Positions 20,324 through 29,715 of a stretch of 64,000 nt of DNA are shown in pieces. The position numbers and the translations under genes are program-made. How positions within the stretch are numbered: position 1 is the stretch's first letter; each line of letters begins with the position of its first letter. The DNA is from an uncultured Actinomycetota bacterium (GTDB taxonomy: Bacteria > Actinomycetota > Humimicrobiia > Humimicrobiales > Humimicrobiaceae): positions 75,370-139,369 of the forward strand of contig CAZTUA010000027.1 of NCBI GenBank assembly GCA_964616545.1, read 5' to 3'. The notes under the pieces were generated by a model. It saw only the letters and a list, made by a program, of their open reading frames with translations. It was not told the DNA's origin and did not search any database.

Positions 20324-20400
20324 TTTTTTACCGATTTATGGTATATATTTATTTATAAAATGAATAAAATTCCCGGCATCAGGGACCGGAAAGGACGGCT

Positions 20401-20736
20401 ATGAAAATAAAGTTTTTAATACCAATTTTAATTCTGGCATTAATTACCTCCTTCTGCCTTTTTTCCTGCAGTGGTACCAGAGATAATTTAATTGATGAAA
20501 CCAGAAGACTGGGTGATACAATAAACGAACTAAGAGATGAAATCTCATCTCTTAAGGGCACCATTGAAGAGCTTGAAAATAAAATAGAAAGACTGGAAAA
20601 CAGATTTGACAGTTCTGGCTCTACTAATGAAAAAAACCAGGGAACGGGAGACTCACAGCCGGATGAGCCAGAGGAGCCCAAGCCGGAACCTGAAGGACCT
20701 CCTCCGGAACCTCCACCTCCGCCGCCCAAAGATTAG
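20401..20736 (+). CDS. small lipoprotein with coiled-coil and proline-rich C-terminal tail
   Basis: Signal peptide with lipobox LFSC; heptad-like ELRDEISSLKGTIEELENKIERLENR; ends PPPEPPPPPPKD. Confidence 0.45.
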   Translation: MKIKFLIPILILALITSFCLFSCSGTRDNLIDETRRLGDTINELRDEISSLKGTIEELENKIERLENRFDSSGSTNEKNQGTGDSQPDEPEEPKPEPEGPPPEPPPPPPKD

Positions 20737-20831
20737 ATGGAAGAATTACAACCACAACTCCCATTTATTAAAATGGCTTAACTGGAAGGATAAAACCTGA
20801 TAATTGGGCAGCCCGTTATGAAGGCAGGCTA

Positions 20832-21353
20832 CTACTCTACCCCGTTTTTAATTATCTCCATAGTACTTTTTACTTCAACAATTTTACCCATTTCTTCATT
20901 TATTTCCCTGAATACTTTTTGACCATCTTTTTCATAATTACTATGGGCATCAGACACGAGTGTAGCTTTAAATCCATTTTCAACAGCTCCCTTGCAGGTG
21001 GCTCTTATACACTTATGTGAGACTAATCCGGTGATAACTACCCTATTTACGTTTAGTTTATCTAACTCATTTTTAAATTGTGAGTTTTTAAACGCATCCT
21101 GGTCTTCCTTTTCTACCTTTATATCGCTATCCCTGTAGTCAATGCCTTTATGCAATTCCCAGCCGGGAGAATATTTTATTAAAGACCTGTCATTGTTATG
21201 CTGTAAAAAAATAAGATAATTTCCGGTATCCCTGGTATATTTAATAAGTTTATTTATATTTGCCATAAAATGATTTTCATCATACAGGCCTGCTTCCCTG
21301 TTAAATAGTCCCTGCTGAACATCCATGACCAGCAATACAAATGATTCTTTCAA
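20832..21353 (-). CDS. isochorismatase-family cysteine hydrolase
   Basis: Catalytic D (MDVQ), K, and C (HKCIRAT) triad layout. Confidence 0.75.
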   Translation of the reverse strand: MKESFVLLVMDVQQGLFNREAGLYDENHFMANINKLIKYTRDTGNYLIFLQHNNDRSLIKYSPGWELHKGIDYRDSDIKVEKEDQDAFKNSQFKNELDKLNVNRVVITGLVSHKCIRATCKGAVENGFKATLVSDAHSNYEKDGQKVFREINEEMGKIVEVKSTMEIIKNGVE

Positions 21354-21520
21354 AACTGCTCCTTTTTTAAAATAGATAATAACATAGAATCATACCACAT
21401 TTAACTGCCTGATTTTATTTAATTCGTCTTCTTTATATATTTTTTCTTCCTCTATATCATAATCATTCTGTAAACCCAGCCAGAATTGCCGAGTATTGCC
21501 AGAGAATCTGGCCAATATCT

Positions 21521-21772
21521 TTATTCTCTTTCAACAGTTATAGTAGCTTTGGTAACTATTGCCGCAATGGCGCCAATTGCAGCCCACACAGGCAAAAGTA
21601 TTGCACCCACTACTCCAAGTGTTAAGGGAATCTGGATAAGAGTCTTACCTTCTTCACTTTTTATGGTAATCCTCCTTATATTTCCTTCTTTTACAAGTTC
21701 CTTTATCTTTGCCAGCAGTTCTTCACCTTTAACTGTAAATTCCTCTTTTTTTTCTTTTTCCATTTTTATCAC
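21521..21772 (-). CDS. DUF4342 domain protein (83 aa)
   Basis: Acidic N-terminal half then a C-terminal hydrophobic helix (VVGAILLPVWAAIGAIAAIV). Confidence 0.5.
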   Translation of the reverse strand: MIKMEKEKKEEFTVKGEELLAKIKELVKEGNIRRITIKSEEGKTLIQIPLTLGVVGAILLPVWAAIGAIAAIVTKATITVERE

Positions 21773-22003
21773 CTTCCTTTAATTAAGCCCTTATATATTC
21801 TTTTTCCTCAATTTTAGATAATACTCCTTCTCCAGCGCAATCCCATCCAAGGGAATCCGTGAAGTAGCTTTGCACCACGGGCAGAGGCGACACTAAATCA
21901 CGAAAGCCCACAGACACCAATTTCAGGGTATTTAGAATGCATACTATACCTTTTTAAACAACATCTGAATTTATAGAACCTGGATTAAAAAACCCTAATC
22001 TCA

Positions 22004-24565
22004 TTACTCTCTCATCAATCTCTCCAGCTCCCTGACCTCGTCCTCCCTGCTCTCCACCTTCCCATCCAGCTTCATCTCAAATAGCTTCTCCAGTACGGCC
22101 CTGAACTTTTCTGATGGCCTGTACCCCATTTCCTTAAGAGTCTCCCCGCTTACATCAAGCTTTATATCACGGAGGTCAGTCAGGTACCTCTTAATGTTCC
22201 TGTAGTAACCCTCACCCCAGCTGCAGGCAATTACCTGAAGCTCTGGTGAGATTCTCTTTAGCGTTTTATAAAGCACAGAATTTTTCTTGACCTCGCTCTT
22301 TAATGCCCTTTTTATCCTGTCCCACTTACTGAATGAAGCGACCATAACATTCATATCCTTCTTTCTTACCTTCATCCAGGAGCACCATCTTCTAATCTCA
22401 CCGGGTGTCTTTCCCTTAAGCAGCAGGATAAATACAAGCCTCCACTTCTTTATTTCCTCACCATCACCGCCATAAAAATCTTTAAGCTGCCCGTAGCAGC
22501 TTAAAACTTTTTTTACCTTCCCTATAAATGCGTTATCAACCTTTACCTTTATCCCTATTTTCTTTAAGGCACCAAGACCGGCCAGCCTCTGTATTGCCTC
22601 AGCAGGATTTGCCTCGCTGAATATGGTTACAAGCTCATCCCTTATTCTAACCCCGTTTAACTTTGATACTATATCCATATTTATAGTTGTCCTTGCAAGC
22701 TTTTCGGTCTGGCTGTCCATTTTAAACCCCAGCCGGTTCTCAAACCTTGCCGCCCTGAAAATCCTTGTGGGGTCCTCTATAAAGCTCATCTTGTGCAGTA
22801 CCTTTATTTTTTTATTCTTTAAGTCTTCCCTGCCTCCGAAAAAATCAAGAATCTCGCCAAAATTTTTTTTATTTAAAGATAGAGCCATTGTATTTATGGT
22901 AAAGTCCCTTCTTGAAAGATCCTGCCTTATATTTCCCGCTTCAACCGTTGGAAGAGCTGCGGGACTCTTGTAATACTCAACCCTTGCCGATGCTATATCT
23001 ATATGCTGCCCGTCTTCAAGCACAACAACAGAGGTCCCGAATTTTTTATGATATTCAAGCTTACAGCCGAATTTTTGCGAAAGCGCCCTGCCGAACTCTA
23101 TCCCGTCACCTTCTACAACGATATCTATATCAAAATTGGGTATCTTAAGAAGCGAATCCCTTACAATTCCTCCCACAAGGTAGGTATTATATTTAAGGGT
23201 TTTGGCCACGCCTGAGATAGATTTTAAAATTTTTCGGACTTTCGCAGGGAAAAAGCTCCAGAGGTCCTCATAGATACGTCCATGCAAAAACCTTAAGATA
23301 TCCTTCCTTGTGACTATTCCTACTATTTTTTTCTTATCAATAATTGGTATCCTCCCGATACCATTTTCTATCATAAGATTCTGGATCTCGCTTATGGTAG
23401 CTCTGGGGCTGGCCTTTACAACACCGTGGGACTTAAAACCCTTTACCGGGGCATGGGATAGGCCGTGCCCTATGGCCCTGTCTATATCTTTTCTGGTTAT
23501 TATCCCTACAATATTATTATCACTGTCCACTATGGGTATCCCGGAGTGTCCATATTTTTTTAACATCCCGCTTACCTCAGCGATGCTGACATTCTCACCC
23601 ACAACTTTAACCGGATATGACATTACATCCCCTGCAAGAACAGGCTCCTTTATATTTTTCCTGAGCGAGCTTACAATTTTCTTCTCTACTTCATCAAGGC
23701 CAATATCGGCTACAACTGCAGAAGCTGCCTGGGGATGCCCGCCTCCGCCGACAGATTTAAGGATTTCTGATACATCCACATCCCTGTTATCGCTTCTCCC
23801 CACCACATAGATTTTCTCCTTCATTTTTGTCCAGCATATGGCAACACTTACATCCTCAATCTGGGAGAGCTTCCTCGTAAGAACCGAGAGCCCTTCTACA
23901 AACTTTGTCATCACCGCACCTGAGAGAAGGATTTCAGTCTCGTGAACCTTAATTTTGCGGTAGTTCATTATAAGTTTTTCCAACAGGTTGTGCTGGTCCT
24001 CATTCAGCGAGAGATTTAAAAATTTTAAGACCACAAAAAGATTGGATTCATTCTTCATAAGGTATGCAGCCGCTTCAAGATCCCTGTGGGTTGTGCCTGG
24101 ATATGTAAAAGAGCCGGTATCCTCATAGATCCCCAGGGTAAAAAGCGTTGCATCAAGCGGGGAAATGCTTATTTTTCTCTTTTTGATTTCATTTACAAGA
24201 ATAGTTGTTGCGGCCCCTATCTCAGAAGAGTAGTCGTATGTTGCCTTTATATCTTCGGGTGATTTAGGATGGTGGTCATATACTATTATTTCAATATCTC
24301 TGTTATCAAGGGCAGCACCTGCAGGTCCCAGCCGCGAGGCAAATTTTGTATCTACTACAATAGCCCTTGTAACAAGAGAAAAATCAATTCCCTTCACGTC
24401 CCTTAGCGGGGGCAGCTCATCTTCATAGAGAGTTATAAATTTCCTTACATTCTGGTTTATGGCTGTGGGAAGTATTATATGCGCCTGAGGATAAAGCTTT
24501 TTTGCTGCTATCATAGCAGCAAAGGAATCAAAATCAGAACTAAGATGGGTTGTAATAATTTCCAT
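22004..24565 (-). CDS. cca: DHH-DHHA1-CBS pair fused to poly(A) polymerase/CCA tRNA nucleotidyltransferase head and body (853 aa)
   Basis: DHH motif near the N-terminus, GGGH DHHA1, two CBS repeats, then a GGxVRD...DxD nucleotidyltransferase head and tRNA-NT C-terminal region. Confidence 0.8.
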   Translation of the reverse strand: MEIITTHLSSDFDSFAAMIAAKKLYPQAHIILPTAINQNVRKFITLYEDELPPLRDVKGIDFSLVTRAIVVDTKFASRLGPAGAALDNRDIEIIVYDHHPKSPEDIKATYDYSSEIGAATTILVNEIKKRKISISPLDATLFTLGIYEDTGSFTYPGTTHRDLEAAAYLMKNESNLFVVLKFLNLSLNEDQHNLLEKLIMNYRKIKVHETEILLSGAVMTKFVEGLSVLTRKLSQIEDVSVAICWTKMKEKIYVVGRSDNRDVDVSEILKSVGGGGHPQAASAVVADIGLDEVEKKIVSSLRKNIKEPVLAGDVMSYPVKVVGENVSIAEVSGMLKKYGHSGIPIVDSDNNIVGIITRKDIDRAIGHGLSHAPVKGFKSHGVVKASPRATISEIQNLMIENGIGRIPIIDKKKIVGIVTRKDILRFLHGRIYEDLWSFFPAKVRKILKSISGVAKTLKYNTYLVGGIVRDSLLKIPNFDIDIVVEGDGIEFGRALSQKFGCKLEYHKKFGTSVVVLEDGQHIDIASARVEYYKSPAALPTVEAGNIRQDLSRRDFTINTMALSLNKKNFGEILDFFGGREDLKNKKIKVLHKMSFIEDPTRIFRAARFENRLGFKMDSQTEKLARTTINMDIVSKLNGVRIRDELVTIFSEANPAEAIQRLAGLGALKKIGIKVKVDNAFIGKVKKVLSCYGQLKDFYGGDGEEIKKWRLVFILLLKGKTPGEIRRWCSWMKVRKKDMNVMVASFSKWDRIKRALKSEVKKNSVLYKTLKRISPELQVIACSWGEGYYRNIKRYLTDLRDIKLDVSGETLKEMGYRPSEKFRAVLEKLFEMKLDGKVESREDEVRELERLMRE

Positions 24566-24648
24566 GTAACTCCGGCATTAAAGCCTTATAAGCCTTTTTT
24601 GTAATGCTATAGCTATTAATAAAGGTGCCGTCAAAAAATAACAGGACC

Positions 24649-25197
24649 TTAAACTCTCTTATCCTCATCAATATACTTATCATAGCATACTATCTCTGTA
24701 AGGGGCTTTCTGCCTTTTAGCCTGCCTTCTGCAGCCGGGTACCCGAGCGGGGTTATAGCCACAACTCTTACATCTTCGGGAACTTCAAGAAGGTCTTTTA
24801 CAAGTTTTTCCTTGAATGCCCCTATCCAGCAGGTGCCAAGACCCTTTTCTGTGGCAGCCAGGATTAAATGTTCCATGGCTATCCCTATGTCTATGGGGTA
24901 GCTATTCATGTATCCACCCATCATTCCATAGGCCTCATCTTCTATAGCACACGTTACAATCAGTACCGGAGCCTCCGTAAGAAAAGTCTGATTATTGCAC
25001 GCTATGGCAAGATCATTTATTTTTTTTCTGTCTCTTACAACAATAAGCTTCCATGGCTGCAGGTTCTTGGCCGAAGGAGCTTTCCTGAAAGCTTCCAGCA
25101 CGTAATTTAAATCTTCTTCGGTTACTTCCTGTGATTTGTAAGACCTTATGCTTCTTCTCTTTTCTATAAGATCCATAAGACTGCAGAACTGTTTCAT
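24649..25197 (-). CDS. nitroreductase family protein
   Basis: RRSIRSY FMN-binding motif. Confidence 0.8.
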   Translation of the reverse strand: MKQFCSLMDLIEKRRSIRSYKSQEVTEEDLNYVLEAFRKAPSAKNLQPWKLIVVRDRKKINDLAIACNNQTFLTEAPVLIVTCAIEDEAYGMMGGYMNSYPIDIGIAMEHLILAATEKGLGTCWIGAFKEKLVKDLLEVPEDVRVVAITPLGYPAAEGRLKGRKPLTEIVCYDKYIDEDKRV

Positions 25198-25338
25198 TTT
25201 TCCATTACCCCCTTATTAATCAATAAAACCGGATCTTAAAGACTTACTTCTGTTACATTCGCAACTTAATACTACATTTTAATATTGGGACGCAAACTAC
25301 TTTATATTAACACTGTAATTTTCTCAAGTAAAAAAATT

Positions 25339-26322
25339 TTACCACAGATGGTGTACATGTTTTTTAATATATTTCTGATAAACCTCTTCTGTGCATTCCA
25401 TCTGCTCTTCACTCAGCGGCTCGAGACCCGAAGCTTTTATATTATCCTCTACCTGGGAAAGCCTGCTGGCGCCTGGAATAACGCAGCTTACGTAATCATT
25501 CATTAAAACCCAGCGCAGAGCATATTCTGCAAGCTTCTCTTCCGGAAAGTATTTCTTAAGCTCTTCCACTGCCCGGAGCCCCACTTCATAAGGAACACCT
25601 GAAAATGTTTCACCCTTATCAAAAGCCTGACCCTCGCGGTTAAAGGAGCGGTGGTCATCTTTAGAAAATTCAGTATCTTTTTTAAATTTTCCCGTAAGCA
25701 TGCCGCTTGCCAGCGGAACCCTTACAATAATTCCCACGTTTCTCTCATGTGCGTGGCCGAAGAAACTTTCAGCAGGTTTAAATCTGAACATATTATATAT
25801 TATCTGAACAGTTGCTACACCGGGATGCTCTATTGCCTTTAATGCTTCTTCCACTTTTTCAACGCTCACGCCGTAATTTAAAATTTTCCCTTTTTCTATA
25901 AGCCCGTCAAGAATTCCGTAAATTTCCGGATCATCGTAGACTTCTGTTGGCGGGCAGTGGAGCTGAAGAAGGTCTATCGCTTCAACATCAAGGTTCTTCA
26001 GGCTGTCCTCTACAAACCCGGTTATGTTCTTTTTGTTGTACCCTTCACTGGTGTGCGGGTCCAGCCTTCTTCCCGCTTTGGTTGCAACATAAATTTTCTC
26101 TTTTGTTTTCTTTAAAAATTTTCCTATTGCCTGCTCGCTCATGCCTTCGTTGTATACATCAGCAGTGTCAATAAAATTAATGCCGCCTTCAACTGCCTTT
26201 TCTAGAATCTCTTCTGCGGTATCAAAATTAAACTTCTCTCCCCATTTGCCGCCGAGCTGCCAGGTGCCGAGCGAAATTTCTGAGACCCTGAAACCTGTTT
26301 TTCCTAAAGTCCTGTATTTCAT
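25339..26322 (-). CDS. aldo/keto reductase
   Basis: MKYRTLGKTG...GTWQ start; AKR catalytic tetrad context. Start set at the ATG 11 nt downstream of a GGGAGAG RBS; the tool's upstream GTG was rejected. Confidence 0.8.
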   Translation of the reverse strand: MKYRTLGKTGFRVSEISLGTWQLGGKWGEKFNFDTAEEILEKAVEGGINFIDTADVYNEGMSEQAIGKFLKKTKEKIYVATKAGRRLDPHTSEGYNKKNITGFVEDSLKNLDVEAIDLLQLHCPPTEVYDDPEIYGILDGLIEKGKILNYGVSVEKVEEALKAIEHPGVATVQIIYNMFRFKPAESFFGHAHERNVGIIVRVPLASGMLTGKFKKDTEFSKDDHRSFNREGQAFDKGETFSGVPYEVGLRAVEELKKYFPEEKLAEYALRWVLMNDYVSCVIPGASRLSQVEDNIKASGLEPLSEEQMECTEEVYQKYIKKHVHHLW

Positions 26323-26591
26323 ATCTCTTCTCACTCTCCCTCTATTTAGTCTTTTAAAAATATTTTGATTTTTTTATAATAATTTAAGGAAACCTGTTAT
26401 ATTCCGGGACATGTATATGAGTTACAAACTTATTGTAGCAATAAATTATGCCAATGCAAATTATTATAACAACTGGCTGGATATTTTTCCCGGTTTATAC
26501 ATATATGGCAGGAGCGGCAATATATATGGAACTCCTGCCCGCTTTATTGTAATATACTGATAACTAAAAAATGTTATAAGAGGGTGGTATT

Positions 26592-28835
26592 ATGAGAATA
26601 CTTAAATATCTTTTTTTATCTTTAATTATAATCATGCTGCTTATCTCCTGCCAGAAGCCAGCAGATATTACCGGGGAAGAAGAGAAAATCTCTCCACCGG
26701 AAGAAGAGAAAGTTACTGAAGAAGAAGTTACGGAGGAAGAGGTACCGGAAGAAATCCCCTCCCTTAAAGAAGCTTTTAAAGATGACTTTTACATGGGCAC
26801 AGCAGTAGAAGCATACCAGCTTGAAGACCCCGGGCTTGCTGAACTTATAAAAAAGCATTATTCCAGCATCACGGCAGAAAATGCCATGAAGCCTGAAGAA
26901 ATCCAGCCTCTTGAAGGAACGTTTGACTTCAGGGATGCTGATAAAATCGCAGATTTTGCACGTGAAAATGGAATTGTCCTGCGCGGGCACACTCTTATAT
27001 GGCACAATCAGGTGCCGGACTGGTTTTTTACCGAAGACGGAGAGCAGGTTTCTAAAGAAACGCTGCGCGAGCGAATGAAAACTCACATTACCGAAGTTAT
27101 GCAGCACTATGAAGGGCAGATTTATGCCTGGGATGTTGTAAATGAGCCGATTGATGCAGATGCTCCTGATGGTCTGCTAAGGAACAGCTGGTTTGAGATA
27201 CTGGGGGAAGAATATATAGAACTTGCCTTCCGTTACGCAAGAGAAGCGGACCCCGGGGCAAAACTATTTTTAAATGATTTTGACACCACTAACACCAATA
27301 AATGTCAGGCAATCGTTGACCTTGTAAAAAGGCTCCAGGAAAAAGATGTGCCCATAGACGGTATAGGCATGCAGATGCATATCTCCCTTGAAAAACCAAC
27401 ACTTGAAGATTTTGAAAAAACACTGCAGAAATTCTCCGAACTGGGTCTTGAGATTCATATAACCGAAATGGATATTTCCGTATATAAAGACAGGACGGAG
27501 TCTTTTGAGTCTATCAGCAAGGAGATGCTAAATGAGCAGGGCCACCGTGTAAAGGATTTGTTTGATATTCTTGATAAATATAAGGATCATATAACCAGCA
27601 TAACTTACTGGGGCATTACAGATGAGTATTCCTGGCTAAGGTATTATTTTGAGGACCGCAAAGACTGGCCACTTCCTTTTGACGAAGAGCTCAAAGAAAA
27701 ACCCTTCTTCTGGGGAATGGTGGACCCGGAGAAACTGGCTCCCAGGATAAACAGTGCAAAAGCAATCCAGGGCGGTGCTGAAATTGACGGCATAGAGGAC
27801 GATATCTGGCAGTCCGCTGAATATTTCCCCAATTTTGACGCTTCAGAAGACCCCGGCGTTGAGACAAAAGCACTCTGGAATGAAGAACTCCTCTACATTT
27901 TGCTTAAAGTACAGGATAAGAGCCATGGAGAGAATGGTGCCGTTAAAATTTTTTTAGATGAGAAAAACGAAAAGTCAGACTCCCTGGATGAAAATGACAG
28001 GGTAGTTGAATTTAACTTTGACTCAGAATGGAAAAATACCGGATATGCCGCCCTCAATGAAACCAGGGAGGGTTATATTTTTGAAGCACGGATTCCATTT
28101 GAGCATATAGAAGGAAGTGAACGGATAGAGATTGGCCTGGATATCCAGGTAACCGGCGGTGACGGGGCAACCGTAAAATGGAATGATAAGGACGACATTG
28201 CAGGCAACATCCCAAAATACTGGGGCACGGTTGATTTTGTAAAAGCTCCCAAAAGGACAGCGGCACATTACGGGACTCCTGAAATCGATGGCGTGATGGA
28301 TGAAGAATATTACGTCTGCACTCCCCTGCCCGTTGAGACATTTATCCAGGGCATAGAGGATGAAAAAAACATTTTCCAGGGCGCAACTGCAACAGCATTT
28401 GTACTGTGGGATGAAGATGCACTCTATGTGTACATGGAAGTAAACGACCCCGTATTAAGCGAGGCAAGCGATACTGTCTACATGCAGGACAGCATTGAGG
28501 TTTTTGTGGATGAGAATAATAACAAGACAACTTTTTATCAGGAAGATGACGGTCAGTACAGGGTTAGCTATACAAACAGGCAGTCCTTTGGCTCAACCGG
28601 CAGCGTGGATGGTTTTGAAAGTGCAGCTCAAATTATCGAGGGAGGCTATGCGGTTGAGGTTAAAATCCCTTACCGGACCATTACCCCGCAGGAAGGCGAT
28701 GTTATCGGCTTTGACCTTCAGGTAAATGATGACCAGGGAAGCGGAGCAAGGGACAGCATAACTAAATGGAATGACCCTACCAATAACTCGTGGCAGTCAA
28801 CTGCAGGGCTCGGGATCCTTGTTCTAGAGAAGTAA
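26592..28835 (+). CDS. lipoprotein endo-1,4-beta-xylanase, GH10 catalytic domain plus two CBM9-like modules
   Basis: Lipobox LISC and E-rich linker. GH10 motifs (WDVVNE acid/base, ITEMDIS nucleophile) and two C-terminal about 180-aa CBM9-like repeats. Confidence 0.85.
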   Translation: MRILKYLFLSLIIIMLLISCQKPADITGEEEKISPPEEEKVTEEEVTEEEVPEEIPSLKEAFKDDFYMGTAVEAYQLEDPGLAELIKKHYSSITAENAMKPEEIQPLEGTFDFRDADKIADFARENGIVLRGHTLIWHNQVPDWFFTEDGEQVSKETLRERMKTHITEVMQHYEGQIYAWDVVNEPIDADAPDGLLRNSWFEILGEEYIELAFRYAREADPGAKLFLNDFDTTNTNKCQAIVDLVKRLQEKDVPIDGIGMQMHISLEKPTLEDFEKTLQKFSELGLEIHITEMDISVYKDRTESFESISKEMLNEQGHRVKDLFDILDKYKDHITSITYWGITDEYSWLRYYFEDRKDWPLPFDEELKEKPFFWGMVDPEKLAPRINSAKAIQGGAEIDGIEDDIWQSAEYFPNFDASEDPGVETKALWNEELLYILLKVQDKSHGENGAVKIFLDEKNEKSDSLDENDRVVEFNFDSEWKNTGYAALNETREGYIFEARIPFEHIEGSERIEIGLDIQVTGGDGATVKWNDKDDIAGNIPKYWGTVDFVKAPKRTAAHYGTPEIDGVMDEEYYVCTPLPVETFIQGIEDEKNIFQGATATAFVLWDEDALYVYMEVNDPVLSEASDTVYMQDSIEVFVDENNNKTTFYQEDDGQYRVSYTNRQSFGSTGSVDGFESAAQIIEGGYAVEVKIPYRTITPQEGDVIGFDLQVNDDQGSGARDSITKWNDPTNNSWQSTAGLGILVLEK

Positions 28836-29696
28836 GAGCTGCGTTCTGCTTTTATATAATTCCATAATTTTTGAAGTAATTTTTCCGGGGACTTTTCCCT
28901 CAAGGTTGAACCTGTCAACTTTTTTTACGGGCACTATCTCTGCAACAGAGCTTGATTTAAATATTTCATCTGCATCAATAAAATCCCGGTAGTGAATCCT
29001 TCTTTCCTTTATTTTTATCCCATTTTCCCCGCACAGGTCCATAACGACACCTCTGGTCACACCGGGGAGGATATTCTGGGTAACAGGCGGAGTATATACC
29101 GTATTTCTTTTTACATAAAAAATATTGCTTGAGGCGCCTTCCAGCACCACGTGGTCTGGTGTAAGAAATATTGCCTCTTTTGCACCGCTGCGGTGCGCCT
29201 CATCTTTTGCATAGAGATTTTCAAAATAATTTATAAGCTTGTGGCCATAGATAGGGCTGCCCACAGAGGGTCTTTTTATCACTGAAGAGATAATATTTAT
29301 GCCTTCTGTGTAATCTTCCCGAGGATAGGGAGTAAGCTTTTCTGCAATTATTACAAGAGCAGGTTTGCAGCTGCTGCTAAAATAGAGATCTTTTCCGTGG
29401 ACTCCTCTTGTTACAATTATTTTTATGTATGCTTCCTTTCCACCGAGATTATTTTTACTTAAAGTTTTTCTTACCGCATCCCATACATATTCCTCATCAA
29501 AAGGAACATTATATCTAAGAATTTTTAGCGAATGGAACAATCTCTTTATGTGCTCACTCAGCATGAATGCAAAACCCCTGTAGCTTCTCATAGTCTCATA
29601 GAGCCCATCGCCATACAGAAGCCCCCTGTCCTTAACCGGTAACCCGGCCCTGCTGCCAGAGGCAAATTTTCCGTTTATAAAAATATAATTACACAT
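28824..29696 (-). CDS. pabC: aminodeoxychorismate lyase (class IV aminotransferase fold)
   Basis: Class IV PLP-enzyme signature, located immediately downstream of pabA-pabB. Confidence 0.65.
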   Translation of the reverse strand: MCNYIFINGKFASGSRAGLPVKDRGLLYGDGLYETMRSYRGFAFMLSEHIKRLFHSLKILRYNVPFDEEYVWDAVRKTLSKNNLGGKEAYIKIIVTRGVHGKDLYFSSSCKPALVIIAEKLTPYPREDYTEGINIISSVIKRPSVGSPIYGHKLINYFENLYAKDEAHRSGAKEAIFLTPDHVVLEGASSNIFYVKRNTVYTPPVTQNILPGVTRGVVMDLCGENGIKIKERRIHYRDFIDADEIFKSSSVAEIVPVKKVDRFNLEGKVPGKITSKIMELYKSRTQLLLL

Positions 29697-29715
29697 ATTG
29701 AACTCCGGTTTAAAT

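Noticed and set aside
21486-21782. Plus-strand 98-aa ORF overlapping the DUF4342 gene
   Set aside because: It is the mirror-frame of the minus-strand DUF4342 gene, which has a recognisable domain; there is no RBS.
26323-26334. GTG start giving MRRDM... for the aldo/keto reductase
   Set aside because: The ATG at 26322 gives the canonical MKYR(T/K)LGKTG N-terminus and sits 11 nt from a GGGAGAG RBS. The GTG abuts the RBS.
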